Source of the DNA: Pedosphaera sp.
GTDB taxonomy: Bacteria; Verrucomicrobiota; Verrucomicrobiia; Limisphaerales; SIBH01
Direction: 5' to 3'
Length of the DNA stretch: 64,000 nt
Assembly (NCBI GenBank): GCA_031414955.1
Contig: JANOQV010000056.1
Span: 57,049 to 121,048, forward strand
Shown here: piece by piece, positions 17,343 through 28,365 of the stretch
Layout of the letters: the number at the start of each line of letters is the position of its first letter
Numbering within the stretch: the first letter of the stretch is position 1
Notes under the pieces: model-generated
Databases searched by the model: none
What the model was told of the DNA's origin: nothing
The model's input: only the letters and a program-made list of their open reading frames with translations
Made by a program: the position numbers and the translations under genes

Positions 17343-18698
17343 TCACACCGCCGCCGCCGTGGGATGCACCCAGGGTGGGCGATAGGCACGGGTCAACAGC
17401 CGGTTCGCTTCGTCGTCCCCCGCAATTTTTCCGGCGACGGCGTCCCAGGTGAAGGACCGTCCGATTTGGGCAGAAAGGTTGGCCAGGATGCACGAGGCGC
17501 TGGAGATGTAGCCCTGCTCGATGTCGGCCACCGGACGGCCGCGGCTCTCGATGTTTTTCAGCAAGTCCCGCATGTGGGCGCGCACGGCCGAGGCGACGTG
17601 CCGTTCCAGATCCTTCTCGGTTTTGTCCTCGGGAAATTTCTCATACTCGAAGAGCGGCTCGCCCTTGAGCTTGGACTCGGTTTTGCCGCGCTCGTAGAAG
17701 TCGTAGCCGTTGACGCCGGCCTTGAGCGTACCTTTCTCGCCGTAGAAAATCGCGGCCCAGGGATACTTCGGATCGGGAGCGTCACCCCAGGCGCGGTGCG
17801 TCCAGACCACGTTCAACTCGGGGAACTCGAAGGTCGCGGTCTGGGTGTCGGAAATGTTGGCCACGCTCTTCTTGTCCAGATAGATGCCACCGCTGGAACT
17901 GATGCGGGTGGGCCAGCCGAGGTCGAGCATCCAGCGCGTCATGTCCAGCATGTGAACGCACATGTCGCCCACGATGCCGTTTCCGTACTCCATGAAGGCC
18001 CGCCAGCCGCGCGGGTGCATGGCCTTGTGATAGGGAAGTTTTCGCGCCGGGCCGGTCCACATTTCATAATCGAGATGCTCCGGCGGCAGACCCAGCGCGG
18101 GCGATGTGTCCCGCGAGCGCATGTGGTAGTAGCAACAGATTTCGACGTGGGAAATTTTCCCAAGCAGGCCGGCCTGGATCACCTTCTCCCGCGCGTCGAT
18201 GAGATGCGGCGTGCTGCGGCGCTGGGTGCCGATTTGCACCACGCGCTGGTATTTGCGCGCGGCGGCGAGCATGGCCTGGCTTTCGACAACATCGACGCTG
18301 GTGGGCTTCTGGCAGTACACGTCCGCGCCCGACTTCACGGCCTCGATCATGGTGAGCGCGTGCCAGTGATCCGGCGTACCAATGAGCACCAGGTCGAGAT
18401 CCTTCTCCTTCAACATCTCGCGATAGTCCGAGTACAAGCGGGGCTTTTTGCCCGACGGCTGGCGCGAGGCCACGAGCTCCGCCGCGTCGCCCAACATTTT
18501 CTTGTCCACGTCGCACAGGGAAATCACTTCGACCGGCGCGACCTGGATGAGTCGGAGCAAGTCAATCTTGCCGTACCAACCGGTCCCGATAAGGCCGACG
18601 CGCTTTTTCAGGCCGGCGAAGTCGGCGGCGAAGGTGGGAGCGGCGGCCATGGCGAACGCGGCCGTGCCGCTCGTCTTGAGAAATTGTCGGCGGTTCAT
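17343..18698 (-). CDS. Gfo/Idh/MocA oxidoreductase with Tat signal
   Basis: MNRRQFLK, GLIGTGWYG, TPDHWH, YCQKP, DMCVHMLD. Confidence 0.92.
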   Translation of the reverse strand: MNRRQFLKTSGTAAFAMAAAPTFAADFAGLKKRVGLIGTGWYGKIDLLRLIQVAPVEVISLCDVDKKMLGDAAELVASRQPSGKKPRLYSDYREMLKEKDLDLVLIGTPDHWHALTMIEAVKSGADVYCQKPTSVDVVESQAMLAAARKYQRVVQIGTQRRSTPHLIDAREKVIQAGLLGKISHVEICCYYHMRSRDTSPALGLPPEHLDYEMWTGPARKLPYHKAMHPRGWRAFMEYGNGIVGDMCVHMLDMTRWMLDLGWPTRISSSGGIYLDKKSVANISDTQTATFEFPELNVVWTHRAWGDAPDPKYPWAAIFYGEKGTLKAGVNGYDFYERGKTESKLKGEPLFEYEKFPEDKTEKDLERHVASAVRAHMRDLLKNIESRGRPVADIEQGYISSASCILANLSAQIGRSFTWDAVAGKIAGDDEANRLLTRAYRPPWVHPTAAAV

Positions 18699-18801
18699 GC
18701 GCCTGTCGTACGCGGGAGCGCCGCCAGCGGCAAGCCGATTTCCGCCGCCTTCACCCCAGCCTTGTTTCACCTGCCCCGTCCCCTAACCTCCGGGGACTAC
18801 G

Positions 18802-19578
18802 ATGTCCGTCGCTGAAATCATAGGTCTCATCGCCGCCGCCGCCGCCGCCGGGGCCATCAACGCCGTGGCGGGGGGCGGCACCCTGATCACTTTTCCCACG
18901 CTGCTGCTGTTCGGCACCCCGCCGGTGGCCGCCAACGCCACCAGCACGCTGGCCCTCATGCTCGGCACGGGGGGGAGCGTCATGAGTTACCGGCGCCATC
19001 TCGCGGCCATCAAGAAGTGGCTCGGGCGGTTTGCGGCCGTGAGCATCCTGGGCGGACTGATCGGCAGTGCGCTCCTCACGCACACTGAAGAGAAGGTATT
19101 TGCCCGGTTGGTGCCGTTTCTGATCCTGTTCGCCACTCTCCTTTTTCTGAGTCAAGGCCTGGTGCGCAGGCTGGCCCTGGGGTCAGGCGGTGCCGAAGGC
19201 CCGGAGAAGCGGCACCATGTTTTCGCCGCCATCGCATTTCAATTCCTCGTGGCGATCTACGGCGGCTACTTCGGCGCGGGCATCGGCATTCTGATGCTGG
19301 CCTCGCTGGGGCTGCTCGGGCTGCGCGACATTCATGAGATGAACGCTTTGAAGACGGTGCTCAGCACGCTCATCAATCTCGTCGCTGCGGCCTGGTTCAT
19401 CGGCGCGGACCTCATCCACTGGCCCAAGGCGGGCCTCATGACCGTGGGCGCGCTGGGCGGCTACTTTCTCGGGGCGCATTACGCGCAACGCATTCCGCAG
19501 CGGGCCGTGCGGCACCTCATCGCAGGAATTGGTTTCACCCTCGCGGTGGTCACCTTCTGGCGGGAATTCCTCCGCTAA
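18802..19578 (+). CDS. TauE/SafE (TSUP) family membrane transporter
   Basis: AGAINAVAGGGTLITFP, YGGYFGAGIG; multiple TM helices. Confidence 0.9.
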   Translation: MSVAEIIGLIAAAAAAGAINAVAGGGTLITFPTLLLFGTPPVAANATSTLALMLGTGGSVMSYRRHLAAIKKWLGRFAAVSILGGLIGSALLTHTEEKVFARLVPFLILFATLLFLSQGLVRRLALGSGGAEGPEKRHHVFAAIAFQFLVAIYGGYFGAGIGILMLASLGLLGLRDIHEMNALKTVLSTLINLVAAAWFIGADLIHWPKAGLMTVGALGGYFLGAHYAQRIPQRAVRHLIAGIGFTLAVVTFWREFLR

Positions 19579-19748
19579 TCAAATCAACCGCGCAGGATTT
19601 CGATTTCAGCCGTAGCACAACGGCGGAGAGCGGATTGGAACTCCGCCGTTGCATCCATCAGCGCACCCGACCCGGGACCGACCGATCAGACGGAACTCGC
19701 GGCCCACGTCGCTCCAATCATCGGGCCTCGACCAAGGCCGGAACCGGG

Positions 19749-20783
19749 CTACGCGCCCATGCCGTCTTCAAACGAGCCGGCGGCGAGCGGGAAGCAGAGA
19801 TGGTCGCGAACGTAGGCCACGCCGTTGGCGCTGGTGGCGTCGAGATCGCGATAGGCGCTTTCGGCCTCGACCACGAGCGGCGCGGTCTTGCGTTTCATGA
19901 TTTCCCGGTAGCGTTGCGGATAGCCAGCCAGCACGAGCATTTCGGCGTAGCGGCTCATGTTGAGGTCGCCGGAGGGGAGGTCGGTGAACTGCATGGCCCG
20001 CTTCTGCCAGTTCGGCTCCATCGCGCGCAGCGCGAAGCCGGGGCGGATGACAAAATTCTTCACATGGGCGGCATGGATGCGCGGCGCGACTTTCAGGAAG
20101 CGGGTCTCCCAGCTTTCGCCTTCCCAGCAGTGGGAGGGATCAGCGTTCACGCCCAGGCATTTGTCGCCGTCGCAAATCTCGACCAGCAGATTGAAATCAT
20201 CGGCGCACATGGCGGCCGTGCCAGGGTGAATCTCATGGCAGAGATAAATGCCGCGGTCCTTCGCCGCCTTGCGGAGTTTGGCTGTCTTCTTGACGAAGCG
20301 TTCCTTGCCTTCCGCAATCAGATCGTAGTCGCCGCCCTGCCAGAAGCCCCACGGGTAGCCGGTGGCCAGTTCCCATCCGAAAGCCACGCCCCAAAACATG
20401 GGCATGATCTTCACGTCCAGTTCCGCCGCGAGGTCCATGAGTTTGAGCAGATAATTCTCGGCCCACTTCTCGATCTCCTGCGGTGACTTCTTGGCCACGT
20501 CAGCGGGGATGAAAGGATTACCGCTGCGCGTGCCGGTCCAGGCGCTGGTGTGAACCCAAAAGGGGCAGTGCGAGGAAATGCCGTCGAGCGTCATGCCGCG
20601 CGAGGCGAACGTGTCCTTAATTTCCTTGGCGCTCTTGAACAGCTTGCCGCCTTGCAGCATGTAATTCGAGGGCTGCGCGCCAGCCGCGCCCGAGCGCTTC
20701 GCGTAGTCGAGGAAGTCCGCGAGGCTCTTGGCACCATGTTGGGCTCCCTCAATGCTGGCGTGATAAATCGGTGTTGCTGCCAT
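19749..20783 (-). CDS. Sugar phosphate isomerase/epimerase (xylose-isomerase-like TIM barrel)
   Basis: HEIHPG, NADPSH, AAHVKN, VVEAE metal-ligand motifs. Confidence 0.85.
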   Translation of the reverse strand: MAATPIYHASIEGAQHGAKSLADFLDYAKRSGAAGAQPSNYMLQGGKLFKSAKEIKDTFASRGMTLDGISSHCPFWVHTSAWTGTRSGNPFIPADVAKKSPQEIEKWAENYLLKLMDLAAELDVKIMPMFWGVAFGWELATGYPWGFWQGGDYDLIAEGKERFVKKTAKLRKAAKDRGIYLCHEIHPGTAAMCADDFNLLVEICDGDKCLGVNADPSHCWEGESWETRFLKVAPRIHAAHVKNFVIRPGFALRAMEPNWQKRAMQFTDLPSGDLNMSRYAEMLVLAGYPQRYREIMKRKTAPLVVEAESAYRDLDATSANGVAYVRDHLCFPLAAGSFEDGMGA

Positions 20784-20945
20784 AAATTTGGGCCAGAGAC
20801 TTATGGGCGGGTTTCGGGAAAGCAACCCTTTATTGGCTTCCCGTCCGGGCCGAGCTGAAGGCCGATGTTTCGAGGCCGGGCGCGGAGGCTCGGTGCTCGG
20901 ATTACGACCACTTCCGCCTGAACTGGTCGGGGGGAGAACATGGTT

Positions 20946-22226
20946 TCAACGCTGCACCGCACGGGCGGCGTTCCCGAGGCAGTAAAGAAACTCCTGCCGG
21001 TTCTCGCTCCGCTTGGCCACGCGCAGGTAAATCCGGCTGCCGCAAACCACCGGCGAAGCGTAGGACTCGTCACCCAGTTGATTCTGCGCGAGCAGCTTGA
21101 AGCTCTTCGGAGTGGCCTCGAAGACAAACGTCTTGCCGCTCACGTTCGAAGAATAAATCCGGTCTTCCACCATCACAGGCGAGGCGAAGACATCGCCGCC
21201 CAGACGCTCCTTCCATAATTCTTCGCCCGTGTCCGACTTCCAGCATACGGCCACGCCCGCATCCAGCACGGCATAGAGGTGGCCGGCCTTGGCGATCATG
21301 GACGGCACATAAACGCGCGCTCCGTTTTGCCACGCGATCCGGCCGGAACCGTCGGCCACGATCGCCACGGTGTGATTCTTGGGATAGCCGCCGCCGGTGA
21401 ACACGCGCACCCCATCGGTCACGGCCGTGACCACGCACTCTTCCGTGGAGCCGTTCACTTCCCAGAGTTTTTGGCCCGTCGCGGGATCCAGACTTGTAAT
21501 CAGGTTGCAACCCGCCAGAACCATCTGGGTGCGACCGCCCGCCTGCACGACGGACGGCGAAGTGTAGTTGGGCAGCTTCGGGCGCGGCTCGCTCCAGATC
21601 ACCCGGCCCGTCTTGCGGTCAAGACCCGCGATCACGCCGCCACCCCGATGGTCCGCCGAGACCAGCACCAGCGATTCATGAATGACCGGCGAGGAACCAA
21701 ATCCCTGGTGCGTGACGAAGTCGCAGACCCTCCGCTGCCATAGAATGTTACCATCCAGACCCAGCGCCGTGGTGTGAACCGCGCCGGCGTTGAGGAAGTT
21801 GATGAACAGCCGCTCCCCATCGCAGGCCACCGTGGACGAGGCGGCGGAGGAGTGGGATTGCTTGCCAGGATCCGCCTGATTGCTGTGAACCTCGGTTTGC
21901 CAGACGAGCTTCCCGGTGTACCGATCCAGGCAGAGCACTGATTGGGTCTGTTTCACTCGATCCGCAGTCGCCAGGTAGATGTGCCCACCCACCACCGTCG
22001 GCGAGCCGTGCCCCCGACCCGGCACCGGCGTTTTCCACAGGACGTTCTCGGTCTCGTTCCACTGGACCGGCGGATTCTGCCCTGGAGCAGCGAGGCCATC
22101 GCGCGTCGGCCCGCGCCAGGCCGGCCAGTCCTGCGGAGAAAGCGCGACGGGAACGGCCGCCTGGACAAGGGACAGGAGATTGGCCCCCAGGCAGATCAAG
22201 GCGGTGAAAATCACTTTGTTTTTCAT
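20946..22226 (-). CDS. Exported PQQ-like beta-propeller repeat protein
   Basis: Signal peptide from ATG 22226; DWPAWRGPTRDG, WKTPVPGRGHGSP, repeated TG..LW blades. Confidence 0.88.
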   Translation of the reverse strand: MKNKVIFTALICLGANLLSLVQAAVPVALSPQDWPAWRGPTRDGLAAPGQNPPVQWNETENVLWKTPVPGRGHGSPTVVGGHIYLATADRVKQTQSVLCLDRYTGKLVWQTEVHSNQADPGKQSHSSAASSTVACDGERLFINFLNAGAVHTTALGLDGNILWQRRVCDFVTHQGFGSSPVIHESLVLVSADHRGGGVIAGLDRKTGRVIWSEPRPKLPNYTSPSVVQAGGRTQMVLAGCNLITSLDPATGQKLWEVNGSTEECVVTAVTDGVRVFTGGGYPKNHTVAIVADGSGRIAWQNGARVYVPSMIAKAGHLYAVLDAGVAVCWKSDTGEELWKERLGGDVFASPVMVEDRIYSSNVSGKTFVFEATPKSFKLLAQNQLGDESYASPVVCGSRIYLRVAKRSENRQEFLYCLGNAARAVQR

Positions 22227-22594
22227 ATGGGTCAGCTTGGCCAGCCTCCCCAATCCCGGAAGGCTGGGCAAGCAACTTGAGCCGCCCAGCGCAGAGGACA
22301 CCCGTCTCCACACCGTCCGAGGAAGGCGACGCCCGCAGGATTGGTCAGGGAGGTTGGACTCACGGATGGCGGGATCCCAGTTCCGATCCGCGCTCACCAA
22401 ACCTCCAAGCCAGGCCACTAAAACTGTAAAGAACCAAGGCATTCTGGACACGAGTGTCAAAAAATCTATTGTCAAAGAAGGGCCGTTTCCTTAGAAAACG
22501 CCCAAATGCACCGCACAGGTGCGGCGGGCAAACAATTTTTGGCCGCTTTGAAACGCAAGTAGTAACGCAATAAACACAGAACCCGGAGGAACAC

Positions 22595-23806
22595 ATGATG
22601 AAAGTTAACAAATGGACATTGGGTCTGGCAGCCGTGGGGTTGATCAGTCTCCCTGCGATGGTCCAGGCTGATGAGAAGCCCAATCAATTGCTCACCGCCC
22701 TGTCCTCGACCACCATCAGTGGTTACGTGGATACCTCGGCTCACTGGACGCTCGGCAGCGGGAATGCCAATCCTCCCGCTTATTCGTTCAACACCCCCAG
22801 CAAGCAGGACGGCTTCAATCTGAACGTCGTCAACGTGGTGATTGAAAAGCCGCTCGACGAAGGCACTTGGTCCGCCGGCTACAAGGTGGATTTGCTCTAC
22901 GGCCCCAATGCCGTGGGTTTCAACAACTCCGTCGGCTCTGCCACCAGCGACCTCGGCATCAAGCAGGCCTATGTCGCCTTGCGCGCGCCGCTCTGGAACG
23001 GCTTCGACATCAAGATCGGCTCCTTCGACACCATCATCGGCTACGAAGTGTTCAACGCCGGCAGCAACCCCAACTACACCCGGTCCTGGGGTTACACCAT
23101 GGAGCCGACGGAACACACCGGCATCTTGGGCAGCTACCAATTCACCAAGAACATCGGGGCCTCCTTCGGCATCGCGAACACCTCGGTGGCGGGCATCAAC
23201 CGCCGCACTGGTCGCACAGATAACGAAGGCAGCAAGACCTACATGGGTTCGATCACGCTCACGGCTCCGGATAGCTGGGGTTCGCTCGCCGGCTCCGGTC
23301 TCTACCTGGGCATCGTGGATGGCTTCGGTGGCCTCAACGACCAGACCACCTATTACGTGGGCACGACCCTCACCACGCCTTGGAAGGCGCTCAAGGTGGG
23401 TGCGTCCTATGACTACGTGGTGCAGCACGACAACAACTTCGGGCCGGCCGGCTACTCGCAGGCGCTGGGCTTGTATGCCTCTGTGCAGGCTCGTGAGCAC
23501 CTCAGTTTCCATGTCCGGGCGGAGTGGGCTGACTTCACCGATGGCAATGCCACGGGCGGCAGAAACAACGGCCTTGGTGGCGGCGGCACCGGCGGCATCC
23601 CGGCCGAAGTGCTCTCCTTCACCGGCACGGTTCAATACGATCTCTGGGCGAACGTCCTGAGCCGTTTGGAAGTGCGTTGGGACCATGCCATCTCGGGCCA
23701 CGGCCCGTTCGGCGGCACTGTGGCTGGAGCCAGCGGCCCCACCACCGGCGGTGCCAACGAGAAGAACTCCGTTCTTATCGCGGCCAACATCATCTACAAG
23801 TTCTAA
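22595..23806 (+). CDS. Outer-membrane beta-barrel porin (BBP2-like)
   Basis: Signal peptide; TTISGYVD, IKQAYV, FDTIIGYEV, EPTEHTG, RLEVRWD; terminal YKF. Confidence 0.85.
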   Translation: MMKVNKWTLGLAAVGLISLPAMVQADEKPNQLLTALSSTTISGYVDTSAHWTLGSGNANPPAYSFNTPSKQDGFNLNVVNVVIEKPLDEGTWSAGYKVDLLYGPNAVGFNNSVGSATSDLGIKQAYVALRAPLWNGFDIKIGSFDTIIGYEVFNAGSNPNYTRSWGYTMEPTEHTGILGSYQFTKNIGASFGIANTSVAGINRRTGRTDNEGSKTYMGSITLTAPDSWGSLAGSGLYLGIVDGFGGLNDQTTYYVGTTLTTPWKALKVGASYDYVVQHDNNFGPAGYSQALGLYASVQAREHLSFHVRAEWADFTDGNATGGRNNGLGGGGTGGIPAEVLSFTGTVQYDLWANVLSRLEVRWDHAISGHGPFGGTVAGASGPTTGGANEKNSVLIAANIIYKF

Positions 23807-23826
23807 GCTAGGTTGATTACCTGCAG

Positions 23827-23860
23827 CCCCTTCCGGGTAAACCGGAAGGGGTTTTTTATT
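23827..23860 (+). terminator. Intrinsic terminator
   Basis: ccccttccgg-gtaaa-ccggaagggg followed by tttttt. Confidence 0.9.
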
Positions 23861-24130
23861 GGGTCGGACTGAGCCTGCTCCTGCCCGGCTGGACGGTCAC
23901 CATCCGGCCAACGAAGCGTTTTCCCGCAAGGCACTGCTAGAAACTCGAGTCGTTTCCGTTCGCCTCGGATCGCGCGGATGAAGCGAGCCGCGCTCCGTTT
24001 ACTCCGAACGCCGAGGCGAAGCCAAAAAAAGATTTTTCCAAAAAGGCGCGGCCCCGTCTTTCCTCGAATCGATTCGCTCAGCCTGCCCTACCTCTGCGGC
24101 TGAGCGCGCGTCTCGTTTCGGAAGGAGGGT

Positions 24131-25528
24131 TTACTCCGCCAACGTCTTCCGCCACCGCGCAAGTTGTTTCCGCACTTCGCCAGTGCCCGGCGCGCCGACG
24201 ATCTTCCGCCGCTCCATCGCGGACGACAGGTTGAACACCTCCGCCGCATCGTCGCCGAAGTGCTTGTCGATGGCGCGCAACTCCGCGAGGGAGATTTCGT
24301 TCAACCCCTTGCCCGACTTCTCCGCCCAGCCCACCACGGCCCCCACCACATGGTGCGCCTGGCGGAAGGCCATCCCTTTGCGCACCAGATAATCCGCCAG
24401 GTCCGTGGCCAGCAGCGCGGGATCACTGGCGGCCGCGCGGCAGCTCTCCAAGTTCACGCTCGTGTGCTCCAGCATCGCAGCCATGAGCCGCGCGCAGGCC
24501 CGCACCGTGTCCGCGCTGTCGAAGAGCCGCTCCTTGTCCTCCTGCAAATCGCGGTTGTAGGTCATGGGCAATCCCTTCAACAGCGTGAGCAGCGCCATCA
24601 GGTTGCCGATGACCCGGGCCGACTTGCCCCGCGTCAACTCCGCCACATCGGGATTCTTCTTCTGCGGCATCAACGACGAGCCGGTCGTGTAGGCGTCGGC
24701 AATCTTGATGAAGTTGAACTCGCTGCTCGCCCAGAGAATCACGTCCTCGGAGAGCCGCGATAGATGCACCGCCAGCAACGCCGCTCCGGCGCAAAACTCC
24801 ACCGCGAAATCCCGGTCGCTCACGCCATCCATCGAGTTCTGCGTGAGCTGCGGTTTGCCCTTGGTGTCCACGAAGCCGAGCAGCTTGGCCACCAGCTCGC
24901 GGTCCAGCGGCAAGGTGGAACCGGCGATCGCGCCGCTGCCCAGCGGACACACGTTCACTCGCTGGAAACAATCGATGAACCGCTGCCGGTCCCGCTCGAT
25001 CATCTCCACGTAGGCCAGGAGGTGATGCGCGAAATAGACCGGCTGCGCCCGTTGCAAATGCGTGTAGCCGGGGATGACCACGGCGGCGTTGCGCTCGCCG
25101 AGACCGACCAGCGCGCGTTGCAAAGCCCGCAATTCCCCGTCCAAATCCGCCAGCTCGTCGCGCAGCCACATGCGGATGTCGACGGCCACCTGGTCGTTGC
25201 GCGAACGGGCCGTGTGCAGCTTGGCCCCGGCGGGGACGCGCCGCGTCAACTCCGCCTCAATGTTCATGTGGACGTCCTCCAGCGCGGGCTTCCACTTGAA
25301 CTTCCCGTCCGCGATCTCCTGCCCGAGCTGCTCCAGACCCTCGACGATGGCGGCGCGCTCCACGGCGGTGAGCACGCCGATTTTCTCCAGCATGGTGGCG
25401 TGGGCGATGGAGCCGATGATGTCCTGCCGCCAGAGCCGGTGGTCAAAGGAGATGGACTCAGAGAAGGCGGCGACCTCGGCGGCGGGACCGGCGGTGAACC
25501 GGCCGCTTCTGGAAACTGGTTTTTTCAT
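24131..25528 (-). CDS. argH: Argininosuccinate lyase
   Basis: EDVHMNIE, HTARSRNDQV, GYTHLQRAQP, TGSSLMPQKKNPD, YNRDLQEDKE. Confidence 0.97.
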   Translation of the reverse strand: MKKPVSRSGRFTAGPAAEVAAFSESISFDHRLWRQDIIGSIAHATMLEKIGVLTAVERAAIVEGLEQLGQEIADGKFKWKPALEDVHMNIEAELTRRVPAGAKLHTARSRNDQVAVDIRMWLRDELADLDGELRALQRALVGLGERNAAVVIPGYTHLQRAQPVYFAHHLLAYVEMIERDRQRFIDCFQRVNVCPLGSGAIAGSTLPLDRELVAKLLGFVDTKGKPQLTQNSMDGVSDRDFAVEFCAGAALLAVHLSRLSEDVILWASSEFNFIKIADAYTTGSSLMPQKKNPDVAELTRGKSARVIGNLMALLTLLKGLPMTYNRDLQEDKERLFDSADTVRACARLMAAMLEHTSVNLESCRAAASDPALLATDLADYLVRKGMAFRQAHHVVGAVVGWAEKSGKGLNEISLAELRAIDKHFGDDAAEVFNLSSAMERRKIVGAPGTGEVRKQLARWRKTLAE

Positions 25529-25540
25529 GAGGAGCGGGGC

Positions 25541-25624
25541 TGAACCTCGAACACTGAACGGGGCCGGGCCGCCCGCCGCATCACTTCGATGTTCGGTGTT
25601 CGATGTTGAATGTTCGATGTTCGC
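25541..25624. repeat. Heptamer tandem repeats (TGTTCGA-like x5) with a shorter inverted array
   Basis: TGTTCGG TGTTCGA TGTTGAA TGTTCGA TGTTCGC at 25590-25624; GAACCTC GAACACT GAAC at 25542-25559. Confidence 0.7.
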
Positions 25625-25887
25625 TTCATCTTCCCCAATCGGCGCGCGACTCTAGGAAAGGGGCCGGGGGCGGTCAAATGGAGAGAACAAATTCAGCGAC
25701 GCGCGCACGCGCACCGGAGTCGAGTTGGAGCAGCGCAGTGTGCGCTGCTGCGGGCCACGGGAAGGCTCCAGGACTCGAAACAAAACCGCCGCCCCGCGCC
25801 GTCGAGTGGCGAGCGCTGCAAACTGTTTCTCCACGCAAACTTCCCCACGCCCTCCGCGCGGATCTGCCCCGACTGCTCTCAGGCAGC

Positions 25888-26544
25888 CTAGCCCTGCCCG
25901 GAGTGCCGGATGTCGCGGCCTTCGTAGAGGTAAACCACTTCCTCGCCGATGTTGGTGGCGTGGTCGGCGATGCGTTCGAGGCTTTTGGAGATGACCATCA
26001 GGTTCAGGGCGCGGGTGATGGTGGCAGGCTTCTCGATCATGAAGCTGGCCAGTTCACGGTGCATTTGCTTGTTCAGGGCGTCCACTTCCTTGTCGCGCTT
26101 GATCACGTCCCGCGCCTGTTGCGGGTTGCGGTTGACGAAGGCGTTGATTCCATCGTCGAGCATCTGAAGACCGATCTGGGCCATCTTGGGAATATCGACG
26201 TAGGGTTTGAGCTGTGGTTCGGCGTTCAACTCGATGGCCCGGCGCGAAATGGTGGTGGCCTCGTCGCAGACGCGCTCCAGATCATGCGAAATTTTCATGG
26301 CGATGGTGATCAGCCGCAGATCAGAGGCGAGCGGCGCTTTGGAAAGCAAATTCACGGCCACCTCATCCACCTTGATCTCGAGCTGATCCACGATGGAGTC
26401 GTCCTCGATCACTCGGCGGGCCAGCGCCTCATCCCGATCCACCAGGGCCTTGACGGCGCGGGTGACGGCGTTGCGTGAATGACCGGCCATGAGGAGGAGC
26501 AACTCCTTCAGCTCGGCCAGTTCTTGATCGTGGTGGGTCATCAT
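25888..26544 (-). CDS. phoU: Phosphate signalling protein PhoU
   Basis: PLASDLR, DLERVCD, LERIADHATNIGE, EGRDIRH. Confidence 0.95.
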   Translation of the reverse strand: MMTHHDQELAELKELLLLMAGHSRNAVTRAVKALVDRDEALARRVIEDDSIVDQLEIKVDEVAVNLLSKAPLASDLRLITIAMKISHDLERVCDEATTISRRAIELNAEPQLKPYVDIPKMAQIGLQMLDDGINAFVNRNPQQARDVIKRDKEVDALNKQMHRELASFMIEKPATITRALNLMVISKSLERIADHATNIGEEVVYLYEGRDIRHSGQG

Positions 26545-26573
26545 AAGAGCAGTGCGGAGGCCGAACGTAGTGT

Positions 26574-27401
26574 TCAGCCGAACCGGCCGGTCACGTAGTC
26601 TTCGGTCTGTTTCTTGGTCGGATTGGTGAACACCTTGGCCGTAGCATCGTACTCGACCAGTTCGCCGAGGTAAAAAAACGCCGTGTAATCCGAGATGCGC
26701 GCGGCCTGTTGCATGTTGTGCGTGACGATGACGATGGTGAAGTCCTTCTTCAATTCCAGAATCAGCTCCTCGATCTTGGCCGTGGCGATGGGGTCGAGCG
26801 CGGAAGCCGGTTCATCCATCAGGATGATCTCCGGGCGGATGGCGATGGCCCGGGCGATGCAAAGACGTTGCTGCTGTCCGCCCGAGAGTCCCATGGCGCT
26901 GGCCTGCAAGCGGTCCTTGACCTCGTCCCAGAGCGCCGCGCCGCGGAGGCTCTGTTCCACCACGGCATCAAGTTGCGCCTTGTCGCTTGTGCCGTGCAGG
27001 CGGAGACCGTAGGCGATGTTGTCGTAGATGGATTTGGGAAATGGATTCGAGCGTTGGAAGACCATGCCGACGCGTTTACGCAGTTCGATCACGTCCACCT
27101 CGCGGCCGTAGATGTCGTGGCCGTGGATTTTGACCGCGCCCTCGATGCGCACGTTGTCGATCAGGTCGTTCATGCGGTTGAGGCAGCGCAGCAGGGTGGA
27201 CTTGCCGCAGCCCGAGGGACCGATGAAGGCGGTGACGATCTTCTCGCGGATGTCGAAGGAGATGTTCTTGAGCGCCTTGCTCTGGCCATAGAAGAGCGAG
27301 AGGTCGCGCAATTCGATCAGGGGAGCGGCGTTGGCACTCTCCCCGGCTGGGCTGGGCGGAGTGGTGGCGAATCGAATCGGAGTTGTTACAAGCGTGGACA
27401 T
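26574..27401 (-). CDS. pstB: Phosphate ABC transporter ATPase
   Basis: [41 protein letters not shown]. Confidence 0.96.
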   Translation of the reverse strand: MSTLVTTPIRFATTPPSPAGESANAAPLIELRDLSLFYGQSKALKNISFDIREKIVTAFIGPSGCGKSTLLRCLNRMNDLIDNVRIEGAVKIHGHDIYGREVDVIELRKRVGMVFQRSNPFPKSIYDNIAYGLRLHGTSDKAQLDAVVEQSLRGAALWDEVKDRLQASAMGLSGGQQQRLCIARAIAIRPEIILMDEPASALDPIATAKIEELILELKKDFTIVIVTHNMQQAARISDYTAFFYLGELVEYDATAKVFTNPTKKQTEDYVTGRFG

Positions 27402-27402
27402 A

Positions 27403-28365
27403 TCAATGCATGGCGCGCATCCGGCGGCGAATCTTCGCCCGGACGAGCACGGCGACAATGTTGAGACTGAAGGTCAGGAGCAGGAGCACGAGCACGGTCG
27501 CGTAGAGGATCGGGCGCGTGAGATCGATGTTGGGCGATTGCGTGGACAAGGTGAAGACGTGGTAGCCCAGGTCCATGAACTGGTCGGAGAGCGACTTGGG
27601 CAACGTGGCCATGTAATAGGCTGCGCCGGTAAAAAGGATCGGCGCCACTTCGCCGGCGGCGCGGCTCACCGCGAGAATTCCGCCGGTGAGAATGCCCGGC
27701 ATGGCCTGCGGCAGGACGACCTTGATGACAGTCTGCAATTTCGTCGCGCCCAGCGCGAGGCTGGCTTCACGCAAGCCGGGCGCGATGGCCTTGAGCGCTT
27801 CCTCCGTGGCCACGATGACGACGGGCAACGTCATCACCGCCAGCGTCAGCGACGCCCAAATGAGCGCCGGCTTGCCCCAGACAGCCTCGGGATTTTGCAG
27901 CAGCGCGTCCATGTTCTTGCCCACGAAGGCGATGAAGAAACCCAGCCCGAACAGCCCGAACACAATGGAAGGCACGCCGGCAAGGTTGTTGATCGCGCCC
28001 CGGATGATGCGCACGCCCAGCGAACCGGGCCGGGCGTATTCGGTCAGGTAAATGGCCGTGATCACACCGACCGGGATGACGAAGAAGGTCATCAGAATCA
28101 CGCGCGCCGCCGTGCCGAAAATCATCGGGAACACGCCGGCGTTGTTCACGTCGAACATGTCCTTCTCCGTGCCGCGGGTGATGAAGCCCCAGGAGAATCC
28201 GGCCCAGCCGTGCCAGACGATGTTGCCGAGAATGATGGCGAGCAGCGCCAGAATGAGCAACGTGGCCAGCCCGGTCAGCCCGCTGAAGAAGCAGGAGCCG
28301 AGATCGAACTGCGACCGGCGGAAGTGCCGGTCGTGCTTGGTTTCTGAACCGGTGGTCGCGCTCAC
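27403..28365 (-). CDS. pstA: Phosphate ABC transporter permease
   Basis: [33 protein letters not shown]. Confidence 0.95.
   Translation of the reverse strand: MSATTGSETKHDRHFRRSQFDLGSCFFSGLTGLATLLILALLAIILGNIVWHGWAGFSWGFITRGTEKDMFDVNNAGVFPMIFGTAARVILMTFFVIPVGVITAIYLTEYARPGSLGVRIIRGAINNLAGVPSIVFGLFGLGFFIAFVGKNMDALLQNPEAVWGKPALIWASLTLAVMTLPVVIVATEEALKAIAPGLREASLALGATKLQTVIKVVLPQAMPGILTGGILAVSRAAGEVAPILFTGAAYYMATLPKSLSDQFMDLGYHVFTLSTQSPNIDLTRPILYATVLVLLLLTFSLNIVAVLVRAKIRRRMRAMH

Noticed and set aside
17148..18815. 555-aa plus-strand ORF
   Set aside because: Antisense shadow of the Gfo/Idh/MocA gene; no motifs
22455..22476. TGTCAAA direct repeat as a Pho box
   Set aside because: Period is 15 bp, not 11
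22540..22558. TGGC...GC upstream of the porin as a sigma54 promoter
   Set aside because: Spacing is GG-N12-GC, not GG-N10-GC
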